Part shown: in pieces, positions 54,667 to 64,000 of the stretch
Position numbering within the stretch: position 1 is the first letter of the stretch
How the letters are laid out: each line of letters starts with the position of its first letter
Source of the DNA: Eledone cirrhosa
Lineage: Eukaryota
Direction: 5' to 3'
DNA: 64,000 nucleotides
NCBI GenBank assembly: GCA_964016885.1
Contig: OZ024743.1
Span: 257,920,001-257,984,000 of the forward strand
Program-made: the position numbers and the translations under genes
Notes under the pieces: generated by a model
The model's database searches: none
Seen by the model: only the letters and a program-made list of their open reading frames with translations
Told to the model about the DNA's origin: nothing

Positions 54667-56410
54667 TACATCAACACTTAGTAAACTATTATTTTCATGC
54701 ATATCTATACTTCTAAGTATAGGATAAAATTTATAGTAAGGCAAATAAAACTCCAGATATGAATCTACAGTTTTCATCAACGTAATTCAATGATACTTTT
54801 AAAAATTCCTCTCTCTATTTGACAGAATCTTGTGTGTTTACGCATGCAATAATAATAAAATAAACTCCCAAATATTTTTTAATAATATAGATTGAAAAGA
54901 GAAGAAAAATTCCACAACAGTTTCTGCAAGAAAGTGCTTTAATTTTGTTATTTCATATGAATGCATGAATATCTTTCAAGCAGCAGAAATATTCTAAAAT
55001 AAATATGAATATATCAAACTTTGTTTCTTATCTTTCTATAACTCTCACTCTCAGCTCTTTCTTGAAAAGCTACAGGGAAAAATTTCATCTCTAAGTATGT
55101 TAATAAAATATTATTCATAAAAATATTTTACTGACTTCTTAACTTACTTCTCTAAATGAAGAAATTCCGTTTGTGTTACATTGAACTCTACGTTGCATAA
55201 AGAATTGGAATTCTAAAGAGTGGCAATATAAAGATAAGAGCAGGAACAGGAAAGGGTTGGGATGGAGGGACATGGTAATAGGCGGGTGGATGGAAAGAGG
55301 AAAGTATTTTAATCATATTTATATCTTTATTTCCTGCATTACACCTCCTGATCAGAATTTTCTATGGCAAAAAAGAAAGTCTCGTCGGTTGTTAAACAAA
55401 CCAAATTTTTTTATAATTGTTTGGTCAGAGAGAGGTCAATGCACATCATCATCTTCAATGTCCATTGTCCTCTTCAGTTCCCATCATCTTCTTCAGGGCT
55501 TCTGGTTGGAGAGAGAGTGAGAGAAGGGCAGGTGGAAGGTATCCTTTCTTCAAATTGGAGACTTAATCCAAATCATTGCAACAGAGTGGACTCTGCTCAA
55601 TGAACACAAGGGCCAGGTGGTGGTTTTAAACTGGCATTTTGGGTCAAGGAGGAAAGAACAGACACCTTGTCCATTTTCAGGGTCTTTGAAACTGGTGGGT
55701 AGGGTAGTGAAAAGAAAATGTATCCTAGTACTAGAGAATTAGTCTGAATACTTACAACAGAGTGGCTAGGTGGTGGTGTCAAACTGTGCAACACATTACA
55801 TCTACTCTTCCCACATAGATAACAGTAGGATTTAAACTCAGAATGCAAAGATCCAGGATAAATACCACAAAGTACCTCACCCAACACACTGTTTCAATAA
55901 TTCATTCCATTGCACTTCATTGGTACTATATTTTATCAGCCCACGAAAGGATAAAAGGCAAAGTTGACCTTGGCAGGATTGGAACTTAAAACAGAGAAAT
56001 CTGAAACAGATTCAAGAAGAAATCTCTTTTGAAGCTCTACCAATTTTGCTAATTCACCACTCAGAACTGGCACTATATCTTATTGCCCTCCAAATAGAAA
56101 AAAAGCAAAGTTGACTTCAGCAGGATTTGAATAGAATGCAGACTGCTCAAACAAATAGTAAAAAGCACATTGTTCTTATCCTCTGTTCCTACAACTCTAC
56201 CAATTTGGCAGTGATGTGGATAGAATACTCAGACACTTACATAACAATACCTTGATCATAGCCAAAGTGTTGCACTGTGATGTTGGATCTGAAACAATGT
56301 TTTTGCAAACCAAACTCTTTAACTACTCCACCAGGCATGCATAGTGTCTGAATAGTTACTAATGAAGATTCAAGCTGTCTTTTTTTTCTCTTTTATTTCT
56401 TTTTTCACAG

Positions 56411-56422
56411 AAGAGTGAAACA
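56411..56422 (+). other. Candidate 12-nt microexon
   Basis: TACTAAT branch-like motif (56357), ~30 nt polypyrimidine tract, CACAG|AAGAGTGAAACA|GTAAGG. Confidence 0.35.
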
Positions 56423-57335
56423 GTAAGGGAGATAAATAGTATAGAAATCTCAGGCTACTGCTTCATGTCAAAAAGGTGGCTGATGTCTCCATTGATTTCT
56501 ACAAAACTACTTCAGTTTGACATGATACATTAAGACCTGACCAATACAATTACTGACATATTTTTTTCTAGTAGTTTGCTCAGTTAGTTGAGGTGCCTTC
56601 CCTCTCTCAGAAATTAGGATATTCTTTCTTTTACAAAAAAAAAAGACAAATTTAAAAAATGTAGAATTCATCATCTTCATATCTTCATAATCAACATCTT
56701 CATAATAATAATCATTATTATTTTTATCAATTATCATCATTGTCAACATTATCATCATAGTCATCTTCATCATCAACATTGCCATTTTCTTCTTTTTTAA
56801 CATCATTTGCAACATAATTATCATCATCATTTTGATGCTTTTCATTATCATCACTATCATCATCATCATCAACAATCTTGATGAGAATGTGATCATCACC
56901 CCACTAGCCACATCAGGCCTTCACCTCCAGTCATAGTCTCCTCTCACACCATTCTGTATATTCTACATTCTGTATATCAATCATGGCCAGCCAATACTTG
57001 AATTTACTTTTTTGTATTAAAGTTGCTTTCCGATGAACTATCACAGTCTATAATATATATATATATGACAGAAGAGATACAGTTATATGTCCATAGTTAC
57101 AGCACTTAGACCAGCAATTCCCAGTCTGGGGTCTACAGAACACCAATCCGCTAATGCATTCACTATATATAGCTGGTATAGCTCTAGGTCAGTTGTTGCA
57201 GAAATATATGAATATATGTATGCATATATATATATGCATGTGATATATATGATGATGATATATATATGTTGGGGGTGGGGTATATACATGTGCATATATA
57301 TAGATCAATATATGTATGTATATATATATTATATA

Positions 57336-58226
57336 CCAGCATTAAAGCCCGGCATTGCTCGGGGTCATTAAGTTACCAAAGTTAGGTTGCACCACCCATT
57401 TTATGGCAGCACTTTTTTGTCTGCCAGGCACTGGGTGAATGAATTGCAGACCTGGAAGCATGAGCTGCGCCAGCAGTGACAATTGTAGTTTCGCCTATGG
57501 ATATTATCTCTGTGCAAAAAAGTGTTGAAATTTATTGCTTCACAGTACTTGCGCAACACGCGCGTAGACGATGCCAGCCGAACAACAGAGCTGCGATGGA
57601 GTTGTTCGGCATGGTTGTCTGTGTGTTTTCTAAATTTAAGACAGTAGGGAGGGTTGTGATATGAGGGAGAGTTAGCTGTTGTTTCTAGCAGGTTTAGTGA
57701 CCTCATAGAGGATATGTGTTTTCTAAATTTAAGACAGTAGGGAGTGGTGTGATATGGGGGAGAGTTAGCTGCTGTTTCTAGCAGGTTTAGTGACCTTATA
57801 GAAGATATGTTTTCTAAATTTAAGAGAGTAGGGAGGGGTGTGATATGGGGGAGAGTTAGCTGCTGTTTCTAGCAGGTTTAGTAACCTCATAGAGGATATG
57901 TGTTTTCTAAATTTAAGACAGTAGGGAGTGGTGTGAACGGAAAGTATCACCATCAAGATTGGAAAGAGAAAGTAGCAGAAAGTATGAAGTTGTATAGATT
58001 TTGAATGGTAGTAGAAAGAGTTCAGCAGTTTAAATGAGAAAAATCGTAAAATATTGAGTTATCTATTTTTTGCGTAATTGTGGGTGAAATTGAAAAAATG
58101 ATCTGCGTCAAGACGCAATCGAAGCTATTTCGAATACTGAATTGTAAATTTCAATTGAAGAAATTCTATATCGTAGATTTCTATAACGAAGGAGCATGAC
58201 CACACACTGAGCTTTATAGATTATGA
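57336..58226 (-). mobile_element. Small non-autonomous Helitron with an internal ~92 bp tandem array (57620-57935)
   Basis: The minus strand starts TCATAATCTATAAAGCT and ends with hairpin CCCGAGCAATGCCGGG then CTGG|T (fits CTRR). Confidence 0.65.
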
Positions 58227-58621
58227 TGATATATGCACTTATATTCATATATACATTCCTGGAACAAATGATCTGATCTGGAGCTAATGCTAGAACATAT
58301 GGAACCGTCCATATATTTATTTAATAAGGAAAAATGAACACGCTGACAACATAGCAAATGAGTTAGCAAGTGGACGAAAGATGGCAGAAAAGTAATGGTC
58401 AAGATGTTTTGAAATGATCATTAGGAAGAAATCTAGCACCAATGTACAATCTGTCATGAATAAAAGCAATGGTAGACTAGATATATCATGGTTATAGCCC
58501 ATGGTACATCATTAAAATATATGTTGATGTGTAATATGTATGTGTGTATATATGGATATATATGTGTGTGTGTGTGTGTGCGCGCACATATATATATATG
58601 TACGTATATATATATATATAT

Positions 58622-59597
58622 AATGAAAAATTGAACAGGGACAGAACAGAGAGGCAGTACGATAAATGTTTATTAAATTCACGCTCAGGAGAGTGGGGGG
58701 TAGGTGGGGGACGACGTTTCGGGCATAAGCCCTTCTTCAGGTGAGAAGTGTGTGGAAACAGAGTTCAAAAGGTGTGTAGGGGAGTGGTGGAGAGACATAT
58801 AGCGAAAGGAAACGGTGCGAATGAAAAATTAACAAATAAAGACAAAAATATAATAAATAATAAATAATAAATAAAAATAAAGCATGATCAAAATACAAGG
58901 AATGAGAAAATTTAAAAATAAAGGCATGATCAAAATAAACTGAAATTAATAGGGGGGTAAACAGGTGGTGGAAGGGTATGGGGTGAGTAGGGGTGGTGGC
59001 GGGTGGAGTGGGGAGAGGGAGATGGGGTGTCCGAGCGGGGAGGGCTGAAGGTGGTGTGTGTGGTTAGGTGTGCGTGTGTGTGTGTGTGTGTATGTGAAAG
59101 TGAGGGTTGGGGGAAGAACGGGGTTGCATGTTCAGGAAGGTGTGTGTGGGGGGTGTTTTTGTGGGTCGGAGGGTCTGTGCGTGTGTGGATAGGGGGTGGG
59201 GGGAGAGGAATCAGGAGGCTGAGGGTGTAAATATGTGGTGGGAAGCACGTGTGTGTGGTTTAAGCGTGTTGTGGGTGTGGGTGGCGTGTGGATAAAAAAA
59301 AATTTGTGGGGTGTGTGTGTGGGTGAGTTATATAGGTGATGGTGTAAGAGGATGGTTGAAAAGTTGGTAAGTTACACGGATGTTTGGAGGTTTTGGTTAG
59401 AAGTCAATATCGCGTGTGGGTAATCCAAGAAGCGGTGGTCGGAAGAGGAGAGATGTGGGGTGCGCGCGCAACAGGAAGTGGTCAGCAGTGGGAGTGCTGT
59501 GGTCAGTTGGTGCTGAGACAGTGGTCGGAAGGGCATAGCAGCAGTCGGCGGAATGGTAGGGAGGCGAGGATGGGTAGGTGTGAGAGTTAGAGTGAGG

Positions 59598-59666
<69 letters not shown>

Positions 59667-61953
59667 TAGTAGGGGTGTTAGTGGGATGAGTGAGTGTGGA
59701 GCGGGGAGAGAAGGGTGTGTGTGGTTCTATGGAGGGAGTGTGGTGTACTGGTGTGTGTGTAGTTTGGTGAAGAGGTGTTAGTGGGTGTTAGTATACGGGA
59801 GGTGGGGAGGGGTGGAATGCAGGTGTGAGTGGGGGTTAGTGGGGGTAGGGTGTGTAGAGTTGGTGGTGTACGAGGGTGTGTGGGTACGTGTGCGTGGGGT
59901 TGGAGGGTGTTAGTGATGTTAGTTGCGTGTGGGGTGGGTGGTGTAAGTGGGTGCGTGTGTGCGTGTGATAAGGAGGGGGGAGGAGGAGAAGAGGGGAGGG
60001 AAGGGATGTTAGTATGTTAGTTGGGGAAGGGTGGTCAGAGGAGGGGTGGAGTGGAGGTGTTAGTATTGTTAGTGTGGGGTGGGCGGTGAAAAGGAGGGGT
60101 GTGTTAGTGGTGTTAGTGGGGGATAGGTGTGGGGGGAGGGGGCGGTCGAACGCTAAAGGAATAAGGGTGGGAAGTTCAGGCCGGGGGGAGTGTGGGTCTG
60201 TAAGATGAAGATAGTGCGTTGTTCGACCGTATATATAATGGAAAAATTTGAACAGGAACAAAACAGAGAGGCAGTACAACGAATGTTTATTAATTTCACG
60301 CTCTGGAGAGTGGGGTGGTGGTGGGGAACGACGTTTCGGGCCCATCCTCAGGTGAGAAGTGTGTGGGAACAGAGTTCAAAGGGTGTGTAGGGGAGTGGTG
60401 GAGAGACATATAGCGAAAGGAAACGGTGCGAAGGAAATTAAAAATAAAAATAAAAATAAAGCATGATCAAAATACAAGGAAGGAAATAAAATTAAATATA
60501 AAAGCATGATCAAAATAAACTGAAATTAAAAGGGGGGTAAAACAGGTGGTGGAAGGGTGTGGGGTGTGTAGGGGTGGTGGCGGGTGGAGTGAGGAGAGGG
60601 AGACGGGGTGTCCGAGCATGGAGGGCTGAAGGTGGTGTGTGTGTGTAGGTGTACGTGTGTGTGTGTGTGTGTGTATGTGAAAGTAAGGGTTGGGGGAAGA
60701 ACGGGGTTGCATGTTCAGGAAGAGGTGTGTGTGGGGGGGGGTTGTAGGTCGGAGTGTCTGTGCGTGTGTGGATAGAGGGGTGGGGGGAGAGGAATCAGGA
60801 GGCTGAGGGTGGAAATATGTGGTGGAAAGCACGTGTGTGGGGGTTTAAGCGTGTTGTGGGTGTAGGTGGCGTGTGGAGAAAAAGTTTTTTTGGGGTGTGT
60901 GTATGGGTGAGTTATATAGGTGATTCCGTAAGAGGATGGTTGAAAAGTTGGTAAAATCCTATGATGTTTAGTGGATTCTGTGGTGGTCAAGTTCCACATA
61001 CGAGTATTCCATGAAGAGATGGTCGGAAGAGGAGAGATGTGGGGTGCGCGTGCAACAGGAAGTGGTCAAGCAGTGGGAGTGCTGTGTGTCTGTTTGTGCT
61101 GGGAGGTGTTCAGAGGGCATAGCAGCAGTCGGTGGAATGGTAAAGGGGCGAGGATGGGTAGGTGTGAAACATGGAGTGAGGAGGGTGTGTGTGTGTATAT
61201 TAGTAGAGGTGTTAGTGGGATGAGTGAGTGTGGAGCGAGGGTGTGGGTGGAGCGGAGAGAGAAGGGTGTGTGTAGTTCTATGGAGGGAGTGTGGTGTACT
61301 GGTGTGTGTGTAGTTTGATGAAGGGGTGTTAGTGGGTGTTAGTATACGGGGGGTGGGGAAGGGTTGAATGCAGGTGTGAGTGGGGGTTATTGGTGGTAGG
61401 GTGTGTAGAGTTGGTGGTGTATGAGGGTGTGTGGGTACGTGTGCGTGGGGTTGGGGGGTGTTAGTGATGTTAGTTGCGTGTGGGGTGGGTGGTGTAAGTG
61501 GGTGCGTGTGTTCGTGTGCTTGGGGTCAGGGGGTTTTAGTGAGGTTAGTTGCGGGGTGGTGGGATGGAGGTGTGGGGGTGAGAGGTGTGGGGGTGAGGGT
61601 TAGTGGTGGTAGTAGGGTGTGTGTTTAGTGTGAGCGCGTGTGTATATGTGCCGGTGGGTGTGTGCGTGTGATAAGGAGGGGGGAGGAGGAGAAGAAGGGA
61701 GGGATGTTAGTATGTTAGTTGGGGAAGGGTGGTCGGATGAGGGGTGGAGTGGAGGTGTTTGTATTGTTAGCTGTGGGGTGGGCGGTGAAAAGGAGGGGTG
61801 TGTTAGTGGTGTTAGTGAGGGATAAGTGTGGGGGGAGGGGGGCGGTCGAAGGCTAAAGGAATAAGGGTGGGGAGTTCAGGCCGTGGGGAGTGTGGGTCTG
61901 TAAGATGAAGATAGTTCTTTGTTCGACTCTAAGGCGATTGGCGGGTGTTCCGT

Positions 61954-61956
<3 letters not shown>
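58622..61956 (-). mobile_element. Two tandem ~1.6-1.7 kb non-coding PLE-tail units (58622-60230, 60237-61956), each with a minimal HHR
   Basis: The units are colinear, G/T-rich on the plus strand and joined by a short (TA)n. HHRs lie at 58711-58743 (CTGAAGA-agggcttatgccc-GAAACGTC) and 60328-60353 (loop II deleted). AATAAA lies near each 3' end. Confidence 0.75.
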
Positions 61957-61992
<36 letters not shown>

Positions 61993-62027
61993 GTAAAAGA
62001 ACGTTAAAGATGTATGTATACATATAT

Positions 62028-62212
62028 TTGTTTCTACTTTAGGCACAAGGCCAGCAATAACCCAGTTCATTACTGGTACTTTATTTTATCGACCCCGTAA
62101 GGATGAAAGGCAAAGTCAACCTCGGCGGGATTTGAACTCAGATTGTAAAGGGACGTAACTATGCTGGAAAGCATGGCGTCCTACCCTCTACCGATACTGC
62201 CAATCCACCACC
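62028..62212 (-). mobile_element. SINE family B
   Basis: Reverse complement of 47085-47260. Confidence 0.85.
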
Positions 62213-63514
62213 TGTATGTATACATATATTGACTGCTGTTTCTAGTTGTCGATAACCCTATTCACGCCACTGTGACAAAGCTGGTATGATGTGTGTATTT
62301 CTAGTAGATACAGCACGTGTTGCTGGCCAGTCGCTGATTTGAACTTGAAGTGTAAACATAGATCGCTGGACTTCTTCCTTGTTGAAAATCCAAGTACCGG
62401 CCTCCATGGTTTACCATTCGATTAATTGGTGAAATATATTTCTTTAATGGAATATATACAGGGAAGATTAATCATATTATAAGGTATCTATTTTTGAAGT
62501 TCTGGTTAACTTTATTTAGTTACTTACCTAGCTATGTCTGCTTACACACTTGTAAAAATTATCTTCTGTGATTATTCTTGTTTATTTATATGTTAATCAA
62601 TTTCTAGTTATTATAAAATGCTCGGACCTATTCGTTAGAATCTTAGAGCTTATTTTGCGGGTGATATGGCGCATGTCTTTCTGGCATGACACCCATAATT
62701 TTGATTATCTTAATTTTGGATATAGATATATATGTATATATATATGTATGTATATATATATGTAGAGGACAACACACACTGTCTTTTCGTGGGGTAGGTT
62801 TTTAATTAATTTTTGTATTCTGAAACATCAAAATACAACAATTCTTTGGTCACTGGACTCGGGAATGTCACGACAGAAGTTTGTGGAAGTTACACAAATA
62901 TTTTAGTATATTTTACCAGAGCAATCCTTATTTATATTTTACATTTTACAATTACTTACATCTCAATATAACATGGCTAAAATTCAAATTTTGCAAATAG
63001 AAGAAAACGGACAAATGAACTAGATACATCTCACTGTCCCCCACCACCACAATAACGTCTACACTCTCTCCCCACCATCACATGTCATTACCCTATCTAG
63101 ACTAAAGTCATCGACCTGTTGTCAAACTCTCTACTCTGTGTTGAATGTGTGTATATATATATATATATATGTATGTATATGTGTGTATATACATCACTCA
63201 GTCAAACGACCAAATTTCAACCCCAACATCTACAACAACAACACCGGCACTAATGTTTACAGCAACAACAGCTTCAGAATGAATTGAAATGAACATTTAC
63301 AACAACAGCAGCGGCTTCAAAAGATAATAAAAAAAAAATCCACAAACAAACAAAATAACTCAAAATAACAAAACACACGCACACAACACAACAACATCAA
63401 CTGCCACCACCACCACCACCACCGCCGCCATCACCATCACCAGCGACCGGGCCTTAAGAAAACAACTTTAATAATAATTTTTCTGCTTTTGGCACGGATC
63501 CAGCGACTGGCCCA

Positions 63515-63625
63515 GCGCATTACTGGTACTCTCTTTTGTTGACTCCGTGGGGATGAAAGGCAAGGTTGACCTCCGCGGGATTTAAGCTCAGAGCGTGGAG
63601 AGCCATAACTCTATGCTGTAAAGCA
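63515..63625 (-). mobile_element. SINE family B fragment
   Basis: ggatgaaaggcaaggttgacctc..gggattt. Confidence 0.7.
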
Positions 63626-63728
63626 ATTATAATAATACTGGACTGTATTACGAACGGCTTCAACTATACAAACTCTTTAAAGTCAACAGTTGACATAATC
63701 TTGTAATCTTGTATCAGTAATGACGGTA

Positions 63729-63764
<36 letters not shown>

Positions 63765-64000
63765 AAGTGAGTAGCGTGTGCGTGTTTGTTTGTATGTATG
63801 AGTGGTGCTGTGTGCGCACGTATGTATGCGTGTGTGCGCGCGCATATGTATGCGCGTGTGTGCATGTCGTACGTATAAATGTCAATAAGTGAGTTTTTTG
63901 GGGTTTTTTGCGCGGGGACATAGAAATAATCAGGCTGGATGCCCGATCGCGCAGTTAAACCACTGGGAGTGAAGAACCCCTAGCCCTTGTCGGCATTCTT

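Noticed and set aside
59000-61860. Interstitial telomeric repeats
   Set aside because: Only scattered GGGTTAG/GTGTTAG words and no TTAGGG array; they are part of a dispersed element
62520-62570. Minus-strand AG|GTAAGT donor (and TG|GTGAGT near 22416)
   Set aside because: Isolated donor matches with no good polypyrimidine acceptor or coding support

Overview
Eukaryotic, very AT-rich, repeat-dominated DNA. It is most likely an octopus/cephalopod intronic or intergenic region; this is inferred from the SINE and RTE families and the huge (TA)n/(TATACA)n arrays. A 200-N scaffold gap lies at 19768-19967. No intact host gene was found, and nearly all ORFs in the track are microsatellite artefacts. 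The recognisable content is: a near full-length but disrupted Penelope-type retroelement (RT+GIY-YIG, 14118-17555, minus); a disrupted Naiad-type Penelope-like element (PLE, 40683-44145, minus) with extra copies of its 3' terminus; a second Naiad-type endonuclease fragment with inverted termini; two non-autonomous Helitrons, one keeping an intron-split N-terminal exon pair; RTE LINE fragments; and two tRNA-derived SINE families. The main hidden signal, found by manual folding, is about 20 type I hammerhead ribozyme (HHR) motifs, intact, partial or decayed, from roughly a dozen unrelated PLE-tail families, most sitting in or beside (TA)n tracts. They include U3-A8 and A4 core variants, U-U-closed or long-insert stem II forms, tandem retrozyme-like units, and fold-back elements whose inversion junctions fall inside the ribozyme. 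All folds are by eye and no activity was tested.
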